Shown in pieces: positions 30,721 to 40,241 of a stretch of DNA of 64,000 nucleotides. Source of the DNA: an uncultured Actinomycetes bacterium (GTDB taxonomy: Bacteria; Actinomycetota; Thermoleophilia; UBA2241); the NCBI GenBank assembly GCA_963725665.1, contig CAVRZA010000006.1:288001-352000 (forward strand). The letters are read 5' to 3'. The notes under the pieces are model-generated. The model was not told the origin of the DNA, did no database searches, and saw nothing but the letters and a program-made list of their open reading frames with translations. Positions within the stretch are counted from its first letter, which is position 1. Each line of letters begins with the position of its first letter. The position numbers were made by a program, and so were the translations under genes.

Positions 30721-32035
30721 TCACACCTCCACGATCACGGATACAGCGTCCCACATCTGCGTCATGCGGCCCAGGAACAGGCTCCCCTTAGCCATCAGCA
30801 TCGTCGAGCGGAGCTCCCCGTTCTCAAATCGCACCAAGGCGTGCGGAAGCCACGGCACGGCCGAGGCGATGTGTCCCTGCGTGGGTGAAAACCCGGGAAG
30901 GCCACGACGTCGGCAGAACTCGTCGATCTCGACTCCGCTCAAGCTGCCCGTCCATCACCGCAAGCGCGCCGAGCAGGCGGTAGTTGCGCAGGGGCACGTC
31001 GTACCCTCCGGCCGGCTCGGTGATCTCGGGATTGTGCAGCTCGGTCGAGTAGACGTCGATCGCGTCGACACGCTTGCCCAGCCGTTCTAGCGGCCGCAGC
31101 ACGACCTCGCGCAGGAGCGACTGCTGGGAGGAGTCGCACCCCGTGCGATGCTGACCCACGGAGTCGAGCCGGACGACGGGGGCACCCGCTTCGGCGGCGC
31201 CGACGAGGACGGCCATCCCCGCCAGCTCGTCTTCGAGCACGGGGACACCGTGGTCTTCGCTGCCCTTGAACTTCATGCCGAGCTTGGCCAGCGACCCACC
31301 GGCCACGACCACGACACGATCGTAGACGCCCGATTCCACGAGTGCCCCGGCCATGACGATGGCGTGCACGGGACTCGTGCAAAAGGCCTTCACATCGCTG
31401 CCGTTGGCGTTCACGAGACCGCACGTCTCGGCGATGGCCTTGGCCATCGCACCCCCGCCCCGGTTGTAGCGATCGCCCACGGCTTCCTCTCCAGCCCCGA
31501 TGGCGTACTGGATCGAAGCGGGATCGATATCGTTGGCGGAGAGGAGGAAGCGCAGGGCGTGCACACCGCCGGCTTTGCAGGCGAGGTTCTCCAACAGCAC
31601 ATGGGCGCTCAGCGCCTGGTCCTCCTCGTGGCCTCGTGCGAAGGCGCCCACGACACGCCCGTCGGCGTACAGGGGCAGATCGCCATTGGCCTCGTCCGGC
31701 TCCTCGCCCAGGCGAACGAGCTCGAAGAGATCGACCGCCGCCATGAGCTCGTAGAATCGCCGCTCGTCCATGATCTCGCCGAACGGTCCCCCCGCGCTGC
31801 TCCCGTCGTCGTGCCGCCACCAGGGGCGCGCCGTGTCCCAGAGCGCCTCGGGGCGACAATTGCCGATGAAGACTTGATTCGGGGGGTAGGCGACCGCCTC
31901 GGGGAAGCTGCGCAAAAGGCTGCTTACCTTCGCAAAGCGCTCCGCTTCGCGGGCCGGCTTCGACCCGTAACGCACCAAATCGGGGACGTGCTGAAGCACG
32001 AACGTCGCCGCCTGGATGCCCGCCCGCCGTTTCAC
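30721..32035 (-). CDS. grdC: Glycine reductase component C beta subunit (FabH-like); frameshift near 30931
   Basis: HVPDLVRYGS, YPPNQVFIGN, ENLACKA, EEAVGD.Y.RGGG, TELHNPEITEPAG, PGFSPTQGHIAS, KGSLFLGRMT. Confidence 0.88.
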
Positions 32036-32072
32036 GTCGGCCCTTCCACCATTCCGAGGACGTGCGCACGCA

Positions 32073-33350
32073 TCATGACTCCCCCCACACAGTTCGCGGG
32101 TCCACCGCCGTCTCGAGCATCGTAAGGGCGCGCTCGACCAGGCGGCGGCGCAGCGCCACCTCGTCGGCCCGGTTCTGCTCCGGATCACCCACGGGATTGG
32201 TGATGGCCACGCCGCGCACGATGCGGTTGGCGCCGACCATGACGGCTATCGTCGGCAGGGCCGTGATGATCACTGTCGGTATCCCGGCTCGTTCCAGCTC
32301 TTTGGCCAGCGTTGCCCCGCAACGCGTCCCCGTTCCTCAGGTTCCTGTGAGCAGCACAGCGTTGATGTGCGCCTCGTGCAGCTCCTGGGCGATCTCCTGC
32401 CCGAACTTGGCCGCCGTGGCCACCGGCGTCGAGTTGCCGGTCGTCGTGTAGAAGACGTCGTGCAGCCGTCCGATGCGACCCTCGCGCTCCAGCACCCGCA
32501 CAACATCAAGCGGCACGAGCCGGTTGGGATCGGCGTTCGCGACGCCGACATCGTAACCGCCGTGCACCGACTCGAACTCGCCCGCGCGCAGAGAGTCGAC
32601 GTCCCTCAGCGAGTAGCGCAGCCACTTGTGCGCGCGGTTCGACTCGAGATGGTCCGGATTGCCCTGCGGGACGCACCCGGCCTCGCTCACCAGCGCCAGC
32701 ATAGCAGTGCTCAGATCGGCCACAGGGGCCGGCGGCGGCACGAGGTCTCGCGGTGCTTCGACCTCCGTGTATGTCTTCCCCTCGAGCTTCGCCAGGAGCA
32801 TCTCGACGGCGCGGGCTGCGCCGGGCAGCTCGCAGAGCTCGTTGCGGCGCAGCCCGCGCGGCAGGTAGCCCTCCTCGGCCGGTCCGCCGACCGGTTCGCG
32901 GGTTCCGAGGCGGCGAGCCAGTGACGCCATCTTGGGCAGTGTGTCGCGCATGGCTGCCACGCGCGACCCGGTCGGCACGACGTACGCGGCGCCCTCGGCG
33001 GCGAGTACTCCCGGGCTCTCCGGCTCCATGCCGCAGACCGCAGGGATGCCGCGACGCGCCGCCTCACGGGCCAAGACGCCGCAGGCGTAGCCGTAGCGCC
33101 CGGAGCCGAACGAGGGTCCGCAGACGAGCACGTCGGGGCGCTCGGCCTCGAGGTGGCGCAGCAGCGTCGCCAGGGCCGTCTCTTCGTGCTCGCCGAAGTA
33201 ATCGTCGCCGCAGGCAAGCGTGGCCGCCACCTCAAGGCCGAGCGCCCGGCCTGGCCCAACGGCACCCTCGAGTCGCAACGGCGCCATACCGGCAGAGTCC
33301 TCACCGCCGAAGCCGGCGAAGAACTGGTTGAGGTAGTGAACGACTCTCAC
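32073..33350 (-). CDS. grdB: Glycine/betaine reductase selenoprotein B; Sec at TGA 32337-32339
   Basis: VHYLNQFFAG, CGD.YF, GRYG, HGGYD, GN.T; frame continues through TGA as LTGT-U-GTGTRCGATLAKELERAGIP...GANRIV. Confidence 0.94.
32309..32325 (-). promoter_or_regulatory. SECIS-like hairpin 11 nt downstream of the grdB UGA
   Basis: mRNA GCGUUGC-GGG-GCAACGC. Confidence 0.65.
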
Positions 33351-33359
33351 GATGCGACC

Positions 33360-34655
33360 TTACGCCGGAGCCGCGCGCACGCGCATGTCGCCCGTCTGAG
33401 ACAGTGAGCCCAGATAGCTCACCAGTGGCAGCGGCCGGGGTTCGCGTGCCGGCTGCGCGTCGAGCATGACATCTCCCCCGATGACCTCGACGGGCTCCCA
33501 TTCGGCTACCAGTTCCTCCTCGTTGCCCACGCTCACGATGGCGTCGGCCTCAGGTACGTGGTCGGTGAGACCGGCGTTGGTCTCGGCTACCAGCATGACC
33601 GTGCGGATTCCGAGACGCTCACAGGCGCGGCAGGTCAGCATCGTATCGGTGTGCGAATTGCCCGACGAGAACGTCGTGAGGATCGCCCCTTCGGCGCCCA
33701 GCTGCTGGCCCAGCTTGGCCGCCATCATGGCCATACGTTCCTTCTCGAAGGCCGAGGGCAGGTAGGCCAGCGTGAGCACCACTCCGCGAAGATCGACATA
33801 GGATCCGTGCGCCCGCAGAAGCCTCAGAAGGAGATCGCTGCGCTGGTAGAAGTGCGTTGGGTTGCGTACGCCTGCCCAATCGTACTGGCCGGCCGTCAGC
33901 GCCCCATCGAGGACCTCCCGGGGATCTAGCACAGTCGCGACAGCGCCCTTGAGCGAAGCTCCATAGAAGTAGGTGTCCACCAGGGGGCCCTCGGCCGCGA
34001 CCTGAAGGATCACGCACACCCGGGGCATCTCGCCCGACACGTCACCCCAGTGCAGCACCTCGACATCGCCGGGAACCACCTCCGCCGGCACCTCCGCCGC
34101 CAGGGCTCGCGCGAACGCAAGCGTCACCCGTCGCAAGGAGCGGTCGACGTCTGCTAGCTGCACTGTCGGATCACAGCGGAACGAGAGGACGACGTTCTGC
34201 GTCGCCGACCAGTGCGAGAAGGCCGCCCCCGGGCCGCCCATGTCGACGATAGAGTCTCCGTCGGGAACGACGTCGAGGGCTGTGACATCGTGACTTGCCC
34301 GCAAATCGGCCGTTGCGAGCACCGCCACCCCCGAGAGACGCCGAGTCGGTCCGATGCCGACGGGCTTCAACGTTCCCAGAGCGCCGGGAAACGTGGCCTC
34401 TGGCTCCGCGGTCTTGAGCGCAGGCTCCACTGCATCGAGCACGTTGAGCAGACGGACTGGGTCTCCTGGTCGAACGACGCTCAGACGCACCTCGAGGATC
34501 CCGGGCAGGCCCAACCAGAGCGGCTCGAGCGAGGCTTCGCTCACCGTCAGACGGCCGTCTTCCCAGGCCGTGCTTGACCCCTGGACGAGCCCTCCCACGG
34601 CGTGCGAGCTTATCTCGAGAACGGAAAGTCGGTCTTGAGTCACGGTCTGTCGCAT
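33360..34655 (-). CDS. Glycine/sarcosine/betaine reductase component B proprotein (GrdE/GrdI-like)
   Basis: RPG..VR..NV.D.VEP..K, DMGGPGA, P.EVLDGA, K.R.A, GN...D, ADAIVSVGN; directly upstream of grdB. Confidence 0.82.
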   Translation of the reverse strand: MRQTVTQDRLSVLEISSHAVGGLVQGSSTAWEDGRLTVSEASLEPLWLGLPGILEVRLSVVRPGDPVRLLNVLDAVEPALKTAEPEATFPGALGTLKPVGIGPTRRLSGVAVLATADLRASHDVTALDVVPDGDSIVDMGGPGAAFSHWSATQNVVLSFRCDPTVQLADVDRSLRRVTLAFARALAAEVPAEVVPGDVEVLHWGDVSGEMPRVCVILQVAAEGPLVDTYFYGASLKGAVATVLDPREVLDGALTAGQYDWAGVRNPTHFYQRSDLLLRLLRAHGSYVDLRGVVLTLAYLPSAFEKERMAMMAAKLGQQLGAEGAILTTFSSGNSHTDTMLTCRACERLGIRTVMLVAETNAGLTDHVPEADAIVSVGNEEELVAEWEPVEVIGGDVMLDAQPAREPRPLPLVSYLGSLSQTGDMRVRAAPA

Positions 34656-34660
34656 TCCAT

Positions 34661-34761
34661 GTCGATAGTCGACAGTTTACAGACTATGGCCTTTGGCGAG
34701 CAGGGTCAACGGACTTCTTGCAGACCGAGGATAGAGTCGCTGCCGACGGTTGACTGTCGAC
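34661..34761. promoter_or_regulatory. Putative GntR operators upstream of the grd operon and the truncated potD
   Basis: GTCGATAGTCGACAGTTTAC 34661-34680; GTTGACTGTCGAC 34749-34761. Confidence 0.65.
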
Positions 34762-34816
34762 CGAAGCGGCCGTAGCGTACGCACCGAACAGCATCGAGGA
34801 CCGTCAGGAGGCGTCG

Positions 34817-35245
34817 ATGGACAAGTGCCGGAGTCTGTACGCCGCGATGGCAAAGCTGCGCGCCGGCTTCAAGGCCGACGTGGTGAACATGTGCGTCGAG
34901 GAGAACGCTCAACAGCGCGACGGGTATCCCGTCGAGTACACGCTGGCCGGGGAGGGGCAGCTCTTGTGGACGTGCGGCTACGGGATCACGTCGACCTGTC
35001 GGAATCTCGACGCCGCCCACGCGCTGCTGAACTACTACCTAAGCCCCCAAGCGGAAGCCTTCGAGGCCAAGCAGTGGAACTACATGGTGACCAACGAGGA
35101 GACCCTCAAGGTAGTGAGCGACGAGGTGCGCAAGAAGGCGCGCCTGGATCAGGCATACGACCTGGGGAACGCCCTGCCCGCCGCGCCGCCGGCGCAGGGG
35201 TACCCCAACTGGGTCCGCGCCTGGGAGGACTTCAAGCGCTACTAG
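34817..35245 (+). pseudogene. Internally deleted PotD-like gene
   Basis: AKLRAGFKADVVNMCVEE joined in frame to EGQLLWTCGYGIT...NALPAAPP, both matching 41561-42691; signal peptide and middle region missing. Confidence 0.82.
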
Positions 35246-35255
35246 GAAGGTCGGC

Positions 35256-35723
35256 GTGAGGGCCAGCCTGCTCGCGACGATCGGGTCGGCCCTCGCCATC
35301 GTCGCCGCCTCGGTGGCGCTCGGCCTGCTGACAAACGCGGCGTCGTCGAGCGGGCTGCCTCTCCGTGCCGAGCGAACGGAGCCGATCGGCGTCGTCACAC
35401 TCGGCGAGGCGCGGGCAGCCTTCCTCGACGACGCCGCCCAATTCGTCGACGCCCGCTCCGCCGAAGCGTTCGCCGAGAAGCACATCGGCGGGGCACTCAG
35501 CGTGCCCTTCCTGCAACGCGAGCGTCTCCGCCCGCGGTTGGCCGGAGCGGTGCCCCGCACCCGCCGCCTCATCGTCTATTGTGATGGTCCTGCGTGCGGG
35601 CAGGCCTCCGAGCTCGCGACCTGGCTGCGCAGCCAGGGGTGGCGCCACGTCGGGGTGTTCCTCGACGGTCTGCCCGCGTGGCGCCAGGCAGACTACCCCA
35701 TGGCGACGGGCGGCGAGCCGTGA
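35256..35723 (+). CDS. Membrane-anchored rhodanese-domain protein
   Basis: N-terminal TM segment, VDAR, HI.GA, YCDGPAC, G..AW. Confidence 0.85.
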   Translation: MRASLLATIGSALAIVAASVALGLLTNAASSSGLPLRAERTEPIGVVTLGEARAAFLDDAAQFVDARSAEAFAEKHIGGALSVPFLQRERLRPRLAGAVPRTRRLIVYCDGPACGQASELATWLRSQGWRHVGVFLDGLPAWRQADYPMATGGEP

Positions 35724-36181
35724 AACGGCTTCTCGGCAGCAGGCACGTTCCCCTGGTGGCGAGGCTCATCCTCGGCGCGCTCTTCATATACGCCGCCTAC
35801 GACAAGGTGCTCGACCCGCGCGCCTTCGCCGACGCGATAGACAACTACCGCCTCGTGCCTGATGGCCTCGTGAACACGGTGGCCGTCGCCCTCCCCTGGA
35901 TCGAGGTCGCAGTGGGCGCCTGCCTCCTGCTCGGTGTCCTTGCGCCCGGCGCCGGGCTGCTCGCAGGGTGCCTGCTCGCAGTCTTCACGTTCGCCTTGGT
36001 CAGCGCCCTCGTGCGCGGCCTCGACATCCGCTGCGGCTGTTTCGGCCTCGAGGGCGGCGCGGCGATCTCGTGGGTCGACGTAGCCGTGCGTATCGCGCTC
36101 CTGGCGCTGTGCGTCGAGGTGGTCACGGCGAGTCACACCATCGACTGGCCGACGGCCGTGCTCGAGCGCCGGCGCAGCTAA
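35720..36181 (+). CDS. MauE/DoxX family membrane protein
   Basis: RL.LG..F..A..K, LPWIE, RGLDI.CGCFG. Confidence 0.87.
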   Translation: MKRLLGSRHVPLVARLILGALFIYAAYDKVLDPRAFADAIDNYRLVPDGLVNTVAVALPWIEVAVGACLLLGVLAPGAGLLAGCLLAVFTFALVSALVRGLDIRCGCFGLEGGAAISWVDVAVRIALLALCVEVVTASHTIDWPTAVLERRRS

Positions 36182-36245
36182 GTACGGCGACCGCCGGGGA
36201 CCGGCGGCCTGCGAGGGCCGCGGCTTCGGCCGACGCTGGCACGCG

Positions 36246-37394
36246 TCAACCGGGCGCCGCGATCCTCGTCCGCGAGACCTGCTGCTCGGCGACGGCGTCC
36301 TCGTCGAGCTCCACCCCCAACCCCGGCTTCTCGGGGATGCGCAGTAGCGACACGCCGTCGATCGTCTCTGTCTCGAGGCCCGTGGCAAGATCGCGCGCGA
36401 AGTCCCCTCCCCTCCACGGCGGGTCTGTGTCGCTCGATATCGCGTTGGCCAGGGCGGCGTGCAGGTGGACGACAGGCGCTGTGCCGACGGTGGCGTGACC
36501 CATGTTGCCGACGTGGACTCCCACTCCGGCCGCCTCGGCGATCGCGTTCACCTTGAGAGCGCCGAGGATGCCGCCAGTCTTCATCAGCTTCACGCTGATC
36601 AGGTCGCAGGCTTCGGCACGCACTGCGGCGAGCGCCTCACGTGGACCGCGCACGCTCTCGTCGAGGCACAGAGGGACTTCCACACGCGTCCGTACTCTCC
36701 GGGCGCCCTCCAGGTCCCCGGCGCGCAGCGGTTCCTCTACGAACGCCACCCCATGACGCTCCAGTCTCTTGATGCCCGCCACGGCGCGATGGACGGTTCT
36801 CCATCCCTGATTGGCATCGACGCGTATCTCGGCGCCGGCGCCGACAGCGTCGCGCAGCACGGCCACGAGCTCCAGCCGCTCGTCGCGGAGCTCGCGCTCA
36901 TCGCCTGGGCACAGGTAGAGCTTGAAGACCCGAATCCCAGCGCGCCGAAGCGCGGCGGCTCGGGAGGCAAGAGCCTCCGCCGGCTCGTCGCGGTCGAGTG
37001 GGCAGGCTTCGTGGATCACCCTCCCGTAGAGACCGCCCAGGAGCTCGTACAAGGGCCGCCCGAGAGCCTTTCCCTTGACGTCCCACAGGGCCATCTCGAG
37101 AGCACCGCGCGCGGCCTCGTTCCCGACTCCGGTCTCCTCCCATCGACGGGCGACGGCCTCGATGGCTAAGGGATCTCGCCCGATCAGAGCGGGAGCGAGG
37201 TGGGAGGCGATGACGGCCGTGACGGTCGCCGCCGTTTCGCCGGTGTAGGCGTAACCCGGACACGCCTCCCCGAGGCCTACGACGCCCTCATCGGTCTCCA
37301 CGCGAACCAGGACGAGCTGGCTCCAGCGCCACGCCGAGGTCTCCCGCCGCATCCTCATGCGTAGCGTGTCTGTCTCGACGCAAGTGATCTTCAT
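36246..37394 (-). CDS. Mandelate racemase/muconate cycloisomerase (enolase superfamily) enzyme
   Basis: TDEG..G.GE, ALWD..GK, DANQGW, EEP, DES, KLMKTGG. Confidence 0.88.
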   Translation of the reverse strand: MKITCVETDTLRMRMRRETSAWRWSQLVLVRVETDEGVVGLGEACPGYAYTGETAATVTAVIASHLAPALIGRDPLAIEAVARRWEETGVGNEAARGALEMALWDVKGKALGRPLYELLGGLYGRVIHEACPLDRDEPAEALASRAAALRRAGIRVFKLYLCPGDERELRDERLELVAVLRDAVGAGAEIRVDANQGWRTVHRAVAGIKRLERHGVAFVEEPLRAGDLEGARRVRTRVEVPLCLDESVRGPREALAAVRAEACDLISVKLMKTGGILGALKVNAIAEAAGVGVHVGNMGHATVGTAPVVHLHAALANAISSDTDPPWRGGDFARDLATGLETETIDGVSLLRIPEKPGLGVELDEDAVAEQQVSRTRIAAPG

Positions 37395-37506
37395 CGCACA
37401 CGACGCATCGATCAGCATCCCTCAAGCGTGCGCCTGCGGGGCGTTATGTCACGCACGCGCCGGAGCGACCGTCCGAGCCCAGGCCGGCCGGCCCCGACCC
37501 CACCCG

Positions 37507-39153
37507 TCAGAGCGAGGTCCTGCGCCGGCGCCTGTCACGCAGGACCTCACGCACGCAGTTCGTGCCGTTGGCGCCGCTGATGCCGCCTCCGGGGTGCGTG
37601 CCGGCTCCGCAAAGGTACAGTCCGGAGATCGGCGTGCGGTAGTCGGCGTAGCCGCGTACGGGACGCAGGAAGAAGAGCTGATGGTCGCCCATGTCGCCGT
37701 GCAGCGCGTGCCCGCCGGTCACGTTCCACAGCCTTTCCATGTCGAGCGGCGAGAGTACCTGTCGGTGCTCGATGGCGCCGGGAAGGTTGGGGAAGTAGCG
37801 GGCGATCTGGGCGATGGCGCGGTCGGCGACCTCGTCCTTGATGTCGTCCCAGCTCGAGCCGTCGCGCAGCGTGTAGGGCTGCGAATTCATGTCGATCGTG
37901 ACGATGTGCTTGCCCGGCGGCGCCAGTGAGGGATCGAACACGGTCGGGCAGCACAACTCCACGTGCGGGTTCTCGATGGCGGGGATGCCGGCACGCGCCT
38001 GGGCCTGGTTCAGGTCCATCTCGGTCACGGTCGAGTTGCACTCGACGATGCAGCGGTGGTACGGCTGCACGTCGCCCGGGACCTCGTTGAGCTCGTCCCA
38101 GGCCGCACGCGGCAGCTCACCGACGGCCAGGTTCACCTTAATGCTCGTGCCCTCACAGATGAAGGCGCGCAGGGCGTTGACGTAGTCCTCCGGGAGCTCC
38201 CGCTCGTCGACCATGGCGAGCATCGTGCGCTTGGGGTCGGCGTTCGACACCACGACGGGCGCCCGCACCTCATCACCGCCCTCGAGCACGACACCGACGA
38301 CGCGTCCGCACTCAACGAGAATGCGCTCGACCGTCGCCCCCGTGCGGATCTCGGCGCCGGCCTCGCAAACCGCATCGGCCATCAGGGCAGTGAGCGTCCC
38401 GATCCCGCCGCGCACGAACCCCCACTTGCGCACGCCTCCTCCGGCCTCGGAGGAGGCGAACTCGTGCAGCAGCACGTATGCGGTGCCAGGCGTCGAGGGC
38501 CCGGAGACGCTGTCGTTGATGGCGAACCACGACAGCGCGCCCTTGATGACGTCGCTCTCGAAACGCTCGTCGAGGTACTGGGCACAAGAGGCGGCGAAGA
38601 GGTGAGCGGCGCCGAGGAGCTGCTTGCGGTGACGGATGGCCGGCAGCCCGACGCGTGCGAGCCGCTCGAGGTCGGCCCAGCCGCGAATGCGAGGGTCGAA
38701 GGGCGTCACACTGAACAACGGACCGAACCAGCCGGCAAGTTCCTCCAGCTCGTCAGAGAAGCGCTGGTAGGCGCGTGCGTCTTTGCAAGACAGGGGCGCG
38801 ATCTCGCGCCGCATGTCGGCCGGGTCCTCGTGCAGGTAGAGGTGCTCGCCGCCGGCGAACAGATTGAGGCTCGGGCCGGTGGGATCCACCCGAAGCCCGC
38901 GCTCGGCCAAGCGCATGTCGCGCCAGATCGCCTCGCGTAGCATGGCGAGCACATAGGCCCCCGTCGACGCCCGGTAGCCGGGCGCGAACTCCTCGGTGAC
39001 GGCCATGCCACCGACGAACGGACGGCGCTCGAGGATCAGCACCCGCAGACCCGAACGGGCGAGGTAGAACGCCGACACCATACCGTTATGGCCCCCGCCC
39101 ACGACTATCGCGTCGTAGCCCGCTGGTGGCTGTACGCTCAGAGTCGGCTCCAT
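37507..39153 (-). CDS. Phytoene desaturase-like FAD oxidoreductase (PYROXD2-like)
   Basis: GGGHNG, GGMAVTEE..PG, GGIG, DPSLAPPGKH, SPLD.E, LCGAGTHPGGG. Confidence 0.88.
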   Translation of the reverse strand: MEPTLSVQPPAGYDAIVVGGGHNGMVSAFYLARSGLRVLILERRPFVGGMAVTEEFAPGYRASTGAYVLAMLREAIWRDMRLAERGLRVDPTGPSLNLFAGGEHLYLHEDPADMRREIAPLSCKDARAYQRFSDELEELAGWFGPLFSVTPFDPRIRGWADLERLARVGLPAIRHRKQLLGAAHLFAASCAQYLDERFESDVIKGALSWFAINDSVSGPSTPGTAYVLLHEFASSEAGGGVRKWGFVRGGIGTLTALMADAVCEAGAEIRTGATVERILVECGRVVGVVLEGGDEVRAPVVVSNADPKRTMLAMVDERELPEDYVNALRAFICEGTSIKVNLAVGELPRAAWDELNEVPGDVQPYHRCIVECNSTVTEMDLNQAQARAGIPAIENPHVELCCPTVFDPSLAPPGKHIVTIDMNSQPYTLRDGSSWDDIKDEVADRAIAQIARYFPNLPGAIEHRQVLSPLDMERLWNVTGGHALHGDMGDHQLFFLRPVRGYADYRTPISGLYLCGAGTHPGGGISGANGTNCVREVLRDRRRRRTSL

Positions 39154-39501
39154 CTCCCCCCGCTGGCACGTCGCCTGAGTCCGGTGTGCCGCCGGCGCTC
39201 CGCGGAGCGGCGGCGGCACACCCTTCGCGCGGCCACGCTAGCCGAGGGCGACGGTCCTGTCAACGCGGTGATGCAACGATATTCGTGGCGGAACCCGCGG
39301 AGAAGGGAGGCATGACGCATAAAGATGGCAGCCGTGTGGACGATTACCGTATCCTCGTACTCCGAACCAGGGCGAGGCCGGCCTCCCATCAGAGCGACGG
39401 GCCTCCCTGCACCCAGAAGCGACGGCTCGGCCCCCCGCTACGCATCTCGCGTCTTCTCCCACCCCGCCCTCTGCATTGCGCAAACGGTGGCCCGGTCTGT
39501 G

Positions 39502-39514
39502 GTAGACTGTCAAC
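39502..39514. promoter_or_regulatory. Putative operator 3 nt upstream of the gntR start (autoregulation)
   Basis: GTAGACTGTCAAC, identical to 20093-20105. Confidence 0.7.
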
Positions 39515-39517
39515 ATC

Positions 39518-40192
39518 ATGAAGCCCCTGCAGACAAGAAGATCGCTGGCCGAAGACGCAGCCGACCGCGTGCGTGAGGAGATCCTTACCGGGGGGTTCAA
39601 GCAGGGCGAGCGTCTGGTCGAGGCGCGCATCGCTCAGGAGCTCGGCATCAGTCGGGGGCCGTTGCGCGAGGCCTTCAAGCTCTTGCGCGCCGAGGGCCTG
39701 GTGAAAGAAGAACCCAATCGCGGGACCTTCGTCGTGCGGCTCTCGGGCACCGACGTGCGTGACATCTTCGAGCTCCGCGAGGCTTTGGAGACCATGGCCG
39801 TTCGCCTGCTCGTCGACCGCGGCCGGGAATCAGGGCTGCGCGAGCTGCGCAAGCTCCTCGATCAGCTGGAGAAGGCGGCGGGCAACGGGGACGTGCGAGC
39901 CGTCTCTCGGGCCGACCTCACTCTGCACGAGGCGATCTGCCGGCTCAGCAGCAATGCGCGCCTGCACGCGGCTTACACGCGCGACTTTCCGACCATGCTC
40001 GCGCTGATCCACATCGACGACCAGCTGTACCCTTCACTTGAGGCCATGGCGCGTGAACACAGGCCCATCCTGGATGCCATCGGCGAAGGCGATGCCGATC
40101 TGGCGGTCACGCACCTCCAGAAGCACATCCGCGAGGCATCAGACCTCGTGGCGGCCTACATCGAAGCTATGCCCGAGAACAGTCCCGCCTAA
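39518..40192 (+). CDS. GntR family (FadR/FCD) regulator
   Basis: GERL.E..IA.ELG.SR.P.REA, PNRG..V, FCD His motifs. Confidence 0.93.
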   Translation: MKPLQTRRSLAEDAADRVREEILTGGFKQGERLVEARIAQELGISRGPLREAFKLLRAEGLVKEEPNRGTFVVRLSGTDVRDIFELREALETMAVRLLVDRGRESGLRELRKLLDQLEKAAGNGDVRAVSRADLTLHEAICRLSSNARLHAAYTRDFPTMLALIHIDDQLYPSLEAMAREHRPILDAIGEGDADLAVTHLQKHIREASDLVAAYIEAMPENSPA

Positions 40193-40241
40193 CTGGCCCG
40201 TCCTAGCACGGTCGCCCGAGGAGCTGCAAAGGGGGGTGCAG

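Noticed and set aside
30721-30723. grdC TGA abutting the trx ATG as a Sec read-through fusion
   Set aside because: GrdC homology ends there and trx has its own SD (ggaggtg), so this is ordinary translational coupling
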